DNA of 64,000 bases. Source: Paraspadella gotoi. Lineage: Eukaryota; Animalia; Chaetognatha. The number at the start of each line of letters is the position of its first letter. Position 1 is the first letter of the stretch. A model generated the notes under the pieces. The model did not search any database. It saw only the letters and a program-made list of their open reading frames with translations, and was not told the origin of the DNA. Positions 45,744 to 60,328 of this stretch are shown piece by piece. Both the position numbers and the translations under genes were made by a program. Location: the NCBI GenBank assembly GCA_051294375.1, contig CM119263.1:9087709-9151708 (forward strand), given 5' to 3'.

Positions 45744-47682
45744 NNNNNNNNNNNNNNNNNNNNNNNNNNNNNNNNNNNNNNNNNNNNNNNNNNNNNNNNN
45801 NNNNNNNNNNNNNNNNNNNNNNNNNNNNNNNNNNNNNNNNNNNNNNNNNNNNNNNNNNNNNNNNNNNNNNNNNGCCCTCGGCGGCCGAATCGGAGCGGGG
45901 GTAGGCAAAACGCTCCGGTGCGGCGCCGCAAAACGAATTTGCAAAAAAGTTCCGACAAGATTCTCTGTGTGATGCTTGAAACAACTGTGGCAAAAGTTAG
46001 AGACTGCATACTCTGTTAATTTTCTGTCTNNNNNNNNNNNNNNNNNNNNNNNNNNNNNNNNNNNNNNNNNNNNNNNNNNNNNNNNNNNNNNNNNNNNNNN
46101 NNNNNNNNNNNNNNNNNNNNNNNNNNNNNNNNNNNNNNNNNNNNNNNNNNNNNNNNNNNNNNNNNNNNNNNNNNNNNNNNNNNNNNNNNNNNNNNNNNNN
46201 NNNNNNNNNNNNNNNNNNNNNNNNNNNNNNNNNNNNNNNNNNNNNNNNNNNNNNNNNNNNNNNNNNNNNNNNNNNNNNNNNNNNNNNNNNNNNNNGGGGG
46301 CAGTTCGAGACGTCGTTAGACAAGATGAAAATTCTTCCCGCCTAATGATACCCCTATGATTACACGGATCGTTTTCATGTCGCTTCTTGTTAGACTTTGT
46401 TAGTTTTTTTTTTCTTTTAATTTCTATTATTTTCACACGANNNNNNNNNNNNNNNNNNNNNNNNNNNNNNNNNNNNNNNNNNNNNNNNNNNNNNNNNNNN
46501 NNNNNNNNNNNNNNNNNNNNNNNNNNNNNNNNNNNNNNNNNNNNNNNNNNNNNNNNNNNNNNNNNNNNNNNNNNNNNNNNNNNNNNNNNNNNNNNNNNNN
46601 NNNNNNNNNNNNNNNNNNNNNNNNNNNNNNNNNNNNCTCTACCCCCCTAATTTTTATAGAACAAAGTCAAGTTTTATTTTTTCGACTTTCCCCAATTTAC
46701 GACTAATGAACGTCACTCGTTTCGTGTATAAATCGAAAGAGAGAGCGAGCTTTAATTTCCCAGCCGACGCGGTCACCTGAGATTTTAGACGAAAAGAAAA
46801 AAAAAAAGAATGAAAAAATTTGAGAAAAAATAAAAATAATGAGAGAAAAAGTTTAAGAATTCAAAAATTACGAGTCTATAATATAGAAGGAGAAGACGGA
46901 CGGAATGACGGATGGCGGGAAAGGTTTAATTGGATAATAAATGTTCATACTTTATGAATTTAAATTCTGTTTCTTTAACTATTCCGTTTATTTAGAGAAT
47001 GGCTTTTCGAGTTTGTAAATTTAGTATGGGACAGTAGGATTTTTAGTGAATGAATATTATGGATGGGATGCGAGAAAGAAATAAGGGGCTAGAAAGTTAA
47101 GNNNNNNNNNNNNNNNNNNNNNNNNNNNNNNNNNNNNNNNNNNNNNNNNNNNNNNNNNNNNNNNNNNNNNNNNNNNNNNNNNNNNNNGAGAGAGAGACGC
47201 TGGTGCGAGATTGGAGCCGCCTTGGTGTTGATTCAATCATTTATCAAAACCTTCGCGAGGACCAACAACTGTTTCGCCTCTTTAACTGATGAGGACGAAA
47301 AGAATGATGATGAGGCGAAATGAGGGAGGAGGAGAGGGGGAGGAGGAAGAGGAGGAACAGGAGGAGGATATGGTAGGGAAAAAAAAGGAAGAAGAGAATG
47401 AGGAAGAGGAGGCGGAAATTTGCGCAGACGGATTTCGAGAATCAAAGGTGTAGAAGAAACAGATGAACAACGGAAAGAAATTGGAAAGTTGACGAGGTTT
47501 TTCTTTATGACTATTTTCACCTTAACATGGACATCGAAATTGAATATTTTGCAAAACTGCATTGCGCCTACACGAATAACGTATTCGCACGTGGAACTGG
47601 GACAAGGTGCGGGGTTAGAAGCTGCGTGCACTCAGACAGCTCTCGACCCTTGCCTTAGGCGAAGACGTGAAAGCGCTTATTT

Positions 47683-47770
<88 letters not shown>

Positions 47771-48313
47771 GAGCCAGTGCCAAGTTCTTGCCACGGCGGT
47801 TTTATGAAATGGCGACTTTTTTAAAAAGATAATCTCAACTGATAATTAACGAGTATGAGTAGAAAAGAAGAAACGAAGACCTTTGGTCCAATTCCCAAAA
47901 CTTGGCGTGTCTGAAATCTCTATTTTCGAATATAACTAACTACTAAATAACAAACGGATTTTGGACAATCTTTTAAATCTTCAATCTTATATTCTTATTT
48001 ATTAAAAGGGCCAAAAAAGGAGATGACAAGTGAAAAAAAAAAAAAACTTCAAAGAGAACAAAGACAAAACTATGATTGAATTAATTGAAAACAAAAGAAA
48101 ATACGAAGAAAAGAGAAAAGAAGTATTTGAGCCACGAATTCCTTTTGTCATCATCATCGTTATCATCGTCGTCGTCGTCTTCGTCGACAGAATCCCGGAC
48201 AGCAAAACAATAAAAAAAAACCTGTTCTGACGACGAGATTTTGATGCTCGGCACTGAGAGTTTGAAAACTGTTGTCCTAACTGTTTGTTACTTGCCACAC
48301 ACACTATCTCTCT

Positions 48314-48346
<33 letters not shown>

Positions 48347-48628
48347 TTCTCTCTCGCCGTTTATTTAAATCGGAATGAATCGATAATTCGTCGAGCGGAT
48401 TTAAGTTATTGCGCTCTTTGAACTGCGGTTTTCCTGTCACTCACGATTCCAAAATTTTTAATTCGTTTCGAAACAATGAAAAAAAAAATGTTTTAGGATC
48501 CGTCAAGCTCTGAAAATTTGTTCGTTCGAATTTTAGTTAAAAGGCAATGAAATCAACAACTTTTGGTCTTCAGTTTCAAGTTTTAACTGCAATTAGAACC
48601 AATTTAAATCCCTCGTGGCATGGCATTA

Positions 48629-48714
<86 letters not shown>

Positions 48715-48833
48715 CCCCAAACTTGCATTAAATTGATTAATTTCATTACAAACTAAAACTTGTTTTACCCCGCGATTTTTAATTAATATCAATTATTTAG
48801 TTCAAATTATTTTCTTTTCCCATCCCAGACCCG

Positions 48834-50545
48834 ATGTCAGACGAAAATCTAAAGAAGCGGCGCCGCCTGCCAAGCAGAGTTTCGGCGATTTTCCTCTACA
48901 ACCGACGAACGGGAAGTCCTGATCGGACGCCGGCCTCATGGGGCAAATCGGCCTCTTCTACTTCCTTTACTACTCTGGCCTCGCCGCCTTCTTCGCCGCT
49001 CTCTCGCCATCTTCCTCTACGGGTTCACGGACGACGATATTAGCGCCGGGTGAGCGGTGATTCGGTTAAGCATCGTGATTAGGTCGGTCGCTGAGTGAGC
49101 GGTGATTCGTTGGGCGTCCTTTCATTGATAGAAAAAGTGAGTCCCGGGTTCTACCCCTGGGTATCCCCGTCCTTCGTTAGACTGCATGATATGTATGTTT
49201 CAACGTGCCAGTGATAGCAAAATTTCTGGCACTGATGGTACTAAAGCCCCGTACCAATGCAATTGGTAAGATAGTACCACGCGTCCCGCGCTCTGTCGTC
49301 CCAGGCGACTTACTAATCTATAGTAGTTTATTTCATATCAAGAATTTGATACAGTATCACACATCAGCACATTAAATTAAGTCTAACCCTACCCAAACAG
49401 AAAAGTAAATCGAAAACAAACGTTAACAATAATGCGAGTATTTTAAAAGTTATCGTACAAATAAATTAGCACATTATTTTCCTTAACAATAATTTCTTTA
49501 TAATCGTCATGACCGCTTGCAAAATCGTATAATATACTATCAACATGTCCTCATTTTGGGCAAGAAAGACTGCAAATTTATTTGGTATCATTATGATTAT
49601 TATTAAATTACAAAACTAAACCCAATTACTTATCATTGAAATTCCCAGTGCTACGGGCAAACATTCTGTTCTTCCTGCCATCCCTTCATGGGTTTCAACC
49701 GATGCCCGATCGGAGTTGACGCTCGTCCAATTCGAGATGGGCGACGAGAACTCGCAGACGCCCTTCATCACGGCATGGAGATTACTTGAAGACAGGGCAG
49801 GCGCCCGACCGGCCCGCCACCTCTTAAAAAAGTAAGGCTGGTGTACAATAGTTTCAGAAGATCAATCTCACTAATTAATATATTTATAAAATTTATTTAT
49901 ATAACTTATTATTATATATATTATTAATATATAACCCGCATATTTTGAGAAGAGGCGAATTATAAAAATAAATACGGGCGTGTGGATACAACAAATTTCA
50001 GACTGAGATGATTTATTCTCTAACGGATAAAATAACAATAACATGGAAAATGCTAAGTCTAAGAGAGCAATGGGGTACGATTGATGGACAAACAAGGACA
50101 AGTTACAGAGTCGCGAAATCAGTCAATTCTTATGTTAGGGAAGAGAGAGAGATAAAAGGTTACGTGTGTTGTTGTTGTTGTTGTGCTTCCACAGGCGTTT
50201 AAATAATGAACAAAAATGATATTACATTGCTTTTTTTTCAATACAAGCCTTAAAACCGATTGTTAGATAACGCAATATTCAGTTTTTCATATATAAACTG
50301 CAAGTCAATGACTAATGGCTGTATAGTGTATATGTAGAATATGTAGCATAAGGAAAAACTAAGGATATTAGGTATATTTAAACTGTAGCAAGCTATCTTT
50401 CTAACTAGCGTGAACTACTTGGAACTGATGAAGCCGATTACCGTTCCGAAGCGGACTGTGAAGCACGGACCCAGCTGACGTCACGAGAGAGAGAACCTGC
50501 GCTTCAACGTCTCCAAGCTCCAGGCTTTTTGGGACGCATGTCGGT

Positions 50546-50620
<75 letters not shown>

Positions 50621-51538
50621 GAGAGAGAGAGAGAGTGAGAAAGAGAGAGAAGAGAGGAGAGAGATGCTGTTAATTACATTATCTCTTATTATTGGGTTGG
50701 GTTGTTACACTCATTTTTCTTTCCTTTCCTCCCTCTCGTCATCAGCGCCAAGACTTTGGGTTCAAAAGCGGCAAACCCTGTCTCGCCATCAATTGAATCG
50801 CATCTACGAATTCTTGCCGGAAATCAAGATGGCGCAAAGAAGTCATCGCAAGTGCAGGGTGGAAGTATATAAATTTACGACACTGGTTGTTTTATAACAA
50901 TTTTTGGAACATGGGTGCACTATAAGAGCTTAGTATGGTGATGACGGAAAAATATCACAGGGCCTCGCTATCGAGCCAGAACGACTACACTATAAGAGCT
51001 TATTAGGGTGGATGATGGGAAAATATCACAGGCCCTCGCTATCGAGCCAGAACGATTACACTATAAGAGCTTAGTAGGGTGGTAATGAAAATATTACAGG
51101 GCCTCGCTATCGAGCCAGAACGATTACATATAAGAGCTTAGTTGGGTGGATGACGGAAAATATCACAGGGCCTCGCTATCGAGCCAGTTGTTAGGCAGCT
51201 GGTAGATCTTGAATCTCAAATCAACGCTCTCATCATATCTTCGCTCTCTCTCCTTCACTTTTCATCCTCAGGCGAACACATCGCCGACAAAGACAACGTC
51301 GGCACTGATATCGAGTACTGGCCAAAGAGCGCCGACGCAGCGGCGGCGCATAAACGTCACTTCTTTCCTACTTGGGTCAGCGCGCTACATGACGCCCCTT
51401 GTCTTCGTCAAGTTAACTCGCTGCAGACCAACGTGCTGCTGCAGATAGTTTGCGAACCCGTCAACTCGAGAACAGAGAGGCATCCCAGACTACGAAAGGG
51501 CAAGGCCCACTTTGAGATTTTCGTCGTCAAAAAATTAA
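48834..51538 (+). pseudogene. ATP1B: Complete but frameshift-ridden ATP1B copy (shows the true contiguous gene span of ~2.7 kb)
   Basis: All exons and introns are collinear. Differences are almost entirely 1-bp indels, typical of unpolished long-read sequence. Confidence 0.8.
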
Positions 51539-52994
51539 AATTCATTAATTTTTTTTTTTTCAGGCAACTTTTTAAATAAAGTTACTCAGGCGAGGCTTTT
51601 TTTTCGTTTTTGTTACATTATTAGCTTTGTACTTATTTAGATCATCAATTTTATCTTTTCTCGTGACATTGCGGTATTCGTTAAAATTGGATTTTTACGC
51701 AAAATGTTTGCATAAGTGTCTTGTCTTTTCATAGGATCTTATATTTTCTATCTTTTTGCTTTTGAAAAAAAAAACGGTTGTAATTTTTGGTTCATGAATT
51801 TGTATATTTCATCCGTTAAGATTTTGTTGAAATACAACGCAAAAGCAAAACAGATAATTTTTTATTGTCTCTTCTGCAGGCATATTGCAAATAAATCGTA
51901 TATGCAATTGTAAGAACAATGTATTTTTTGTTAAGAGTGTTAAAATAAAATTATTTAGTTTATGCTTTACGAGAAGGCCAGTAAATATTAGTATTATTAT
52001 TACATATCTGAGTATATTTTGTTTCTTTTCGTCAAAAGAGGGCAGTACTAGCATCCTACGTTTAAAACATAAACTTCAAAACAAATGCCCATCGCGTTGG
52101 ATTTACCCCTGATTTACACTCGATTTACCTTTCGTATAGTCCACGTTGATTAATAAGCATATGTAGTATTATTTAATACCGGAGACGATGCGGAACCCGA
52201 GAGTACTCTTATCCAAAAGAAATCGTCGGTCGCAAAGGATCGACGAAAGTCGAAACGGTTAAATATGTTTTTCCATAAAATAATAAAAACTATAAACAAC
52301 AACAATGAAAATTGAAACATTATTATTTTTTGGGGGCTTTGAAAAACCTCCCAGCTGTATTTTCTTCAATTTTGACACTCTGCTCAATGAGTAATGCCGA
52401 TCACATCACTTACCAACCGTAAGGGAAGCGTGGGCATTGGGCAAGCTTACGTTCGCTTGGGGGGTTGGAAACCCACCAAGCTTGATGCATTGGCTTATTA
52501 ATATAACTATTAATTTGACCTCCCTCGTCTTTTATTTTCTTTGACAAAGTGATTTACATCTCTCAGGATAGTGATAAATACAAAAAGAACAAATGATTAA
52601 ATGCTATTGCCTGGTGTAAAGCTTTTATAACTATTTTATTTACTATTTAGAATAGACGAAACGATCGAATAATCAGAAAACTGTCCTTGTATTCGACAGG
52701 AGTTAATGAATTCAGGTTTCTTCAGTAAATGCATGCAAGTCGCTCATTTCTTTAAATTACTGTCTTTTTGTAAACCTAGTCACCTAACTTTACTTTCGCT
52801 ATTATTTTCAAAAAACTTAAAAACAAAGCCACGCGTTCAGGGGAAGATTCACATTTATTACGTCAGACGTACATATCTATAATACATTATGTATATTATC
52901 ACGTAGGACGAAAAAGCTTGATGCACGATTTTCATATTATAATAATATCGTCAAAAAATCCCTGGAGCCTTTCGGTATCTTGGGGAAGAGGAGA

Positions 52995-53067
<73 letters not shown>

Positions 53068-53876
53068 GAAGAGAGATTTGTAACAAAGGAATTATTATTT
53101 TGATTACATAAGATGTGCTTTTTGCTTTTCATGTAAGAAATTCTTAGAATTTTCTTCTCGGTTTTTATTAATTTGTTCTAAAAAATAATTGTGGATTTCA
53201 ACTCGTGAGGGCGTAGGGTAGTAAAACGGCTGTTGAAAGAAAGCTTCTCTTCGTGGATCTTAAAAATAAGAGAATTTCAACTCTTTTATAACTGCTACTT
53301 TGATTGATACAAATTCTTATAATAATGTTACGTCGAGACACATTGTTACTTAAAACTTGAAAACAATCCTTTCTTCGTGTGTATAACGCTTATTAATTTA
53401 CTCAAAAATTCGTTTCATAGTTATTAAAAAACTAAATTTAGGGAAAAATGTTCGAAAGATTCAAAAGTCATAAACTGTTCTTAACGGAGGGACTTGTCTT
53501 TATGGCACATTAAACTCGGTAGATCAATTTGCAATTGTGTTTAAAAAAAAAAAATAATAATAATATAATTTAAAAATTCCCCCGCGCGGAACGGAATTCG
53601 TTTGTTATAACTTAAACAGAATCTCTTACTATCGACGAAAAGCGAGAAGCGGGATGTCAGGACTGACCGGTCACAGAAAGCGACGGAAATATCTACTTTA
53701 TCCGTAATTATAATATTAAAAAAAAAAAAAGAAGATTATTCCCGGTGGGAGGATGCCTCCAGGGGAGGAAAAGAAAAATTGAATATCAGGCGGAGGGTGG
53801 ACCAAGGAATTAGATTAGAGGGGAGGGGAAAAGGAAGCTTTGCTGCACACTTGTCAAGAAGAGAGGAGAGAGAGAT

Positions 53877-53907
<31 letters not shown>

Positions 53908-54079
53908 AGAGAGAGATGAAGAGAGAGAGGACGATTGCGTTTAGAGTTGACGAAAACTTGGGTCCCCAGACGAATCGGCCGCTTCCAGAAGAGGACGGCG
54001 AAAATGAGCGTCAATGTTACGTCACCGGCGCCGGTATTGACGTTTACCGGCGCTCGAAAGCCCGTCATCGCTGTCCTCT

Positions 54080-54887
54080 TAGTAGTGCTCGTCGAGAGAG
54101 AATTTCTGGGGATCCGTTTTTGTAGTGTCCTGAATGTCGCTCCTACGGGACCCCTGCCGATGTTGAACGAGTGTCCAGGAATTAGATATCTTGGAAGGAA
54201 TCTCGAATGAGATCATTGAAAATCAATTTGAAATTTTTTCTAATTTGTCTGCGGCTACACAGATTATTTCGTTTCAATGAATTAAGATGACTAACGAAAA
54301 ATCAATAAATTTCATCATAAAAATTGAAAAAGTTATAAGTAATCTTCCCTCCATAGGCAAACACCAACGTTATTTTATTTAATGTTTGCTTTGAAATTTC
54401 AAGGATCTTAGGAATCTTTTTAATGAGTCTTAAGTGGTTTGGAGAGAATTTATGCGTTAAGATTCTTTAGTTTATTTTAAATGATTTGTCGGGACATTTT
54501 TTGTCATATTTAAAAATCTATTGTCCCTTTTTGTCGCCTTTATTGGTTTAAGGTTTTTGTAACCGCTCTCTTTTCTTTCTTTGACGTTTATTATTGTAGA
54601 CGCTAAAAACCGCTTTGGAATGAAAAGCTTCACATCCCTCGTAAATACATTTAACGTTCAAATCTATTTTCTTTCGTTTAGGCTATAAGTAACCTAGAGT
54701 TTTTATTGTTCTATAATTCATTTTTTTAAAGGCTTTCACTCGGAATGACGCCTTTGTTCTCGCCCGGTTCGCACCTGCGCCGCCAGGGGCCGTCGATGTC
54801 GACCCCATGGTCCTGCTTCTTTTTCGCCTCGCCATTTCCGCCTCGTGCTTTTTCCTCCATTTGGTTCGTCGATTTTTGAAACCAGAC
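54080..54887 (-). pseudogene. NKX6: Noisy duplicate of the Nkx6 3' exons
   Basis: VWFQ-(+1 indel)[15 protein letters not shown] at 54775-54887; collinear with 44641-45418. Confidence 0.8.
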
Positions 54888-55182
54888 CTGAAAATTCGAG
54901 ATAACAAAAAAATACATTCAATCAAAAACACTTGAGTATTATTTCTCTTTATAATCACTCTTCCGCTTTTAAAATATTATTTCTTTCTTGATTATATATA
55001 GCCGAATTACGTGTCGCTTGAATGGAGTGAATTTTTAAGAAAAAGTCGTAAAAGAGAATTACGCTATAATAGAGAAATAATAGGACTTTTCGATTTTGAA
55101 CATTTTTTTTCACGTTTTTGGCAAAACTCTCCACTTCTGACATGTCAACTGTCAATTATCGAGCCGCTTTCGTCGAGCCATA

Positions 55183-55257
<75 letters not shown>

Positions 55258-56140
55258 TTCTCTCTCTGCTCTCTCTCTCTCTCCTCCTCTACTTTTTCTC
55301 TCTCTCTCACCCCCGTCTAGTTTCGTCTACCTACGCAGAACGGATGCGCCCCTTAATAATCGCCCCACAAATTTTCGCGTTTTGACATTTACAGTCGAAA
55401 TGAGTTTGTTCGCCCATCAAGGGGATCGGCTCCAGAACGGCCGTCGAGACCCGGTCCGGGAGACCCCCCAAGTGCCGCCCGCGAGGCTCGAAGCCTGCCC
55501 TCGGCGCCGGAATCGGAGCGGGGGTAGGCAAACGCTCCCGGTGCGGCGCCCGCAAAACGAATTTGCAAAAAAGTTCCGACAGATTCTCTGTGTGATGCTT
55601 GAAACAACTGTGGCAAAAGTAGAGACTGCATACTCTGTTAATTTTCTGTCTTCAAGAAATCAAATTTAAAAAAAGTTCTCCCAAAAAAAAAAAAAAAAAA
55701 AAAGCCAAAATGCATCGATGCTCTAATCAATATTAAATTTAAAAAAAAACTTTGGAACATAAACACGGTGACGGTCGACGAACCCCGGCTGCGACTTTTC
55801 TCGCTCGGCGTCCGTCGCGTCGTCGATGCGACGTTCGCCTAAAACAGAGGCATTAATTTAATTCCCATCATTGGTGGGGTCTAAGCGACGAGGGGGCGAA
55901 ATTGCCCCCCAGGTGGAAAGATAGTGGGGGGTGGGGGGCAGTTCCGAGACGTCGTTAACAGATGAAAATTTTCTTTCCCGCCTAATTGATACCCCTATGA
56001 TTACACGGATCGTTTTCATGTCGCTTCTTGTAGACTTTGTTAGTTTTTTTTCTTTTAATTTTCTATTATTTTCACCACGAATACCGTCTCGGCCTCTCTC
56101 TCGTTCTTTCTCTCTCTCTCCTCTCTCGCTCTCTCTCTTT

Positions 56141-56186
<46 letters not shown>

Positions 56187-56913
56187 TTCATCTACCCCCC
56201 TATATTTTTATAGAACAAAGTCAAGTTTTATTTTTTCGACTTTCCCCAATTAGACTTAATTGAAGTCACTCGTGTTCGTGTATAAATCAAAGAGAGGCGA
56301 GCTTTAATTTCCCAGCCGACGCGCGGTCACCTGAGGATTTAGACGAAAGAAAAAAAAATTTTGAGAAAATAAAAATAATGAGAGAAGAAAAAAGTTTAAG
56401 AATGCAAAAAATTACGAGTCTATAAGTATAGAGGAGAAACGGACGGGAATGACGGATGGCGTGAAAGGTTTAATTGGGATAATAAAATGTTCTCATAACT
56501 TTATGAATTTAAAATTCTGTTTTCTTTAAAACTATTGCCGGTTTATTTATAGAATGGCTTTTCGAGTTTTGTAAATTTAGTATGGACAGTAGGATTTTTA
56601 GTGAATGAATAGTTATGGATGGAGATGCGAAAGAAATAAGGGGCTAGAAAGTTAGAAGAAGTGAGAGAGAAGAATGAGAGAGAGAGAGAAGAGAGAGAGA
56701 GAAGAGAAAGAGAGAGGAGAGAAGAGAAAGAGAGAGAGGAGAGTCCCAAATTAAAATAAGTTGCGATATTATTTCGCCTTCATGTTGGAAAAATCAGAAA
56801 TGAAAAGCCAATTTCAACTAAAAAGAAAAGCGAAAGTGAACGACTAAGAAGAGTGGCGTGAGGGGAATAGGGAAAGGCTTTCTTAGAGAGAGATGAGAGA
56901 GAGAGAGACAGAG

Positions 56914-56951
<38 letters not shown>

Positions 56952-58909
56952 GCTTGTGCGAGATTGAGCCCGCCTTGGTGTTGATTTCAATCATTTTCAA
57001 AAACCTTCGCGAGGACCAACAACTGTTTCGCCTCTTTAACTGATGGGACGAAAAGAATGATTGATGAGGCGAAATGAGGGAGGAGGAGAGGGGGAGGAGG
57101 AAGAGGAGGACAGAGAGGGATATGGTAGGGACATGGAAAAAAATGAAGAGAGAAGAGGAAGAGGAGGCGGAAATTTGCGCAGACGGATTTCGAGAATTCA
57201 TAAAGGGGTTATGAAAGTACCGAGTCGGTAGTAAGGCATCGGAAATTACTGTAAATTTAAATCTCTCTCTCTCTCTCTTCTCCTCTATGAACAATCCGGA
57301 AACGATAATTGTGAAAATGTTCTTGACTGAGGTTTTTCTTTTGATCTTCATTTTTCACCTTAAGGGACCAAGTGTAACAGGGGTGGGTTAAAAAAGCTGC
57401 ACACTCACCACATACTGGCTTGACCTCCTTTTAACTTAGCTGTTCTTCTCATCTCTCACTTTCTTCTTCTATATCTCATTTGGCTGACTAAGTAGGTTAT
57501 AACATATATTTCCTATAAATCAGCGACGTCTCTTTTTCCTTTGGAAATCTCGATCTCGGCGTACGGATGATGAGTCTTTTCGCAATTTAAATCGATTTTC
57601 TATCTCTATCTCTAAAAAAGGTAAGATCTAATTTTAAAAGTTTACTTTACTTTATTACACATTATGTTTTATACAGAAACAAAACTCGAGGAGATTGAAG
57701 TCGAAAATTGTAAGGGTATCGACTGTTTATTTTAAACTTTCTTTTTCAAAGATTCTGTTAATTGGAATAACAATCAACAATCTTTCGATTAATCCTACTT
57801 CTGCATAATATCTAAAATAGAAGAGAAAGTTTCGTGTACTTTTGTAGAATGTGTTTAATTGTTATAAGTTAGGAATCAATATAGTTTAATTATACATTTA
57901 AGGCTATGAATATGAAGTATTAATTAATAATTATTACAGTTTGTTTCTGTAAGAATAGAATTTAGGTGTTTAGTTGGTGTCGTTGCTTTTAAGTAATATA
58001 AAAATATAAAAAATTTAGTTTTTGTTTAAAGCCTTTAGTTCAATAGGTCTTAAACCTTAAAAAAAATTTTATAAGGCGTTGTGGTACAGTAAAAAATAGG
58101 AAAAATTAGAAGAATTTTAGGTAAAAAATCGTTTCTAATGGTGCAAAAAATAAAATAATGGATTATATAAAATATTTAGGTAGGTCAACTAAATTTTTTC
58201 GATCAAATTATTAAATTTTTGTTTCCGTTACAATAGAATAAAATTTTTTTGCCACTTCCCAGTGCAAAGAAAAATTAATGGACTATCACCATTTCAAAAT
58301 TTCCTGTGATGATAGGACCCTTAAGCTATGATATCATTTTTATCAACTGGGTCCCCTTNNNNNNNNNNNNNNNNNNNNNNNNNCTTAAATAACTTTAATG
58401 GTTTCGTTTCTCCGCTCGCAACGCCAATGCACCGTTATTATGTTTTCGTAACATTATGTAAATATCGAGGATCCATCTTTCTCTTTCATTATCTTCCTTT
58501 TCTTTACATCTATCTCCTTTTCTTCTCTCCCTTTCTTCTTGTTCTCTCTTTCACTTCTTCTCCCTTTTTCCTCTTCCTCTTCCTCCTCCCAACAATAATC
58601 ATCGATGGGCGCATCTGCGCATTTGAAAGGGGCGATACTTTATTTTCGCCGGCGTTAATCTTTTTTCTTTCTTCATTTTCTTCCCGTTTTTTTTTTCCTT
58701 CTTTTAATTTCCTCGCGCTCCGTCTCCTCCCTCCCTCTCTTCCTCCCTCCCTTCCTCCCTCTCTCCCTCTCTTTCCTTCCTCCCTCCGGTCTTTCTCCGC
58801 CTCTATATTTTTTTTCCCTTCCCTCGCCTAATCTTTTCCTCTGCCGCGCGATTGCTTTGACTAATTGCAAATTATTCGTCGTCGTCGTCGGTGTCATTGT
58901 CGTCGCTCG

Positions 58910-58945
<36 letters not shown>

Positions 58946-59095
58946 CCAGAAATGTAATTCGAGTTTTTAAAAACATAAATTAACCGCAAATGTCCTGAGA
59001 GGAGAAAAGAGATGGAGATTTCGCTAGAATTCTTTTTCGCGTTTGCATCGAGAATTAACGGGAAACGAGATTTAAAGAGACAATAGATGGAGAGA

Positions 59096-59147
<52 letters not shown>

Positions 59148-60063
59148 GAGAGAGAGAGAAGACAGAGAGAGAGAGAGAGATAGAGAGACAGAGAGAGAAT
59201 ATTTCCAAAAAGAAAACCAAATATATAAACGAAAGCGAAACATTTTTTTTCTGGTCGCGAAGAATTCCCGCATTAACCCCCATATATTTTCTTTTCGGCG
59301 CCACTCTTCTCCTCCCGCCCACTTGCCACGCCCTTTTCCATCACCCTCCACCCCCCTCAACCCCGCCACCTCCATTCTCTCTTTTCTCCGTCGAGCCCCT
59401 CCTTCAATATATATAAAGACCTTCAATAGACCTTAACATTCTCCGTCTTCCATTTCTCATTCCTTCTCATAAATCCTGTCGTCGTCGTCATCTCTTCCTC
59501 CTCCTCTCTCCTTCCTCTCCTCCTCCTCCTCCTCCCTGGCCAAGAGATGGAATAAAATGGCTGCCGAGAACGAGAATAAAATGGGCGACGAAGATGAATC
59601 AAAATGGCGAACGGATGATGGGGAGGCGGTGGCTGCCGCCGACGGGTGGTGGAGAATGGGTAGAAAGGAGAAGTGAAATGATGGATCAGGTTGGGTGTTG
59701 AACGATGATAGAGTGAGAGCGATGAACGATTTAGGGATACAACGAAAGAAAACCGAATTGGCCCGTCGTTGATGAAACTGTAAATGCGGCGACCGATCGA
59801 CTACAGTGGAAACTGTTTTAGCGATTTACCTTGGGTACAAGATCCGACAAAACCTATGACCGAAAAATAAAGCATGACACGTCGTGTTTAGATTAAGGAA
59901 TGAGGCGGGTCGGGAAAGAATAGGGAGGGGAAACGAAAAGTATAGGACGGACTTAGAAATTTACAAATTGAATTTCTATGTACATATTTGTTAAATGTAA
60001 GATTAAATGAAAATGACGATGAATAGAGGTGGAAGAGAACGAGATAGAGTGAGAGAGAGAGAG

Positions 60064-60123
<60 letters not shown>

Positions 60124-60253
60124 CCAACGAATGAAACAAAGAGGAAAAATCAGGAGACAGAAACGTGGAAGTCTGAAGACGAAATTGTGGTTCCAACGGT
60201 CGCAGAAGACCTTTACGGCCATCAACTCCGTCCAAATGTCTTTTCATCTTGTA

Positions 60254-60328
<75 letters not shown>

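Larger units (their letters stand above)
47523..57363 (+). repeat. ~9.8-kb noisy direct duplicate of the ATP1B-Nkx6 locus (= ~29790-33520 joined to ~41745-47525)
   Basis: At 47523 the sequence jumps back to aacatggacatcgaaattg (29790). It then carries all five ATP1B exons in order (48834-51538) and the Nkx6 exons (54775-54887, ~54080-54182), all with dense single-base indels. 47490-47525 matches 57325-57363. Confidence 0.92.
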
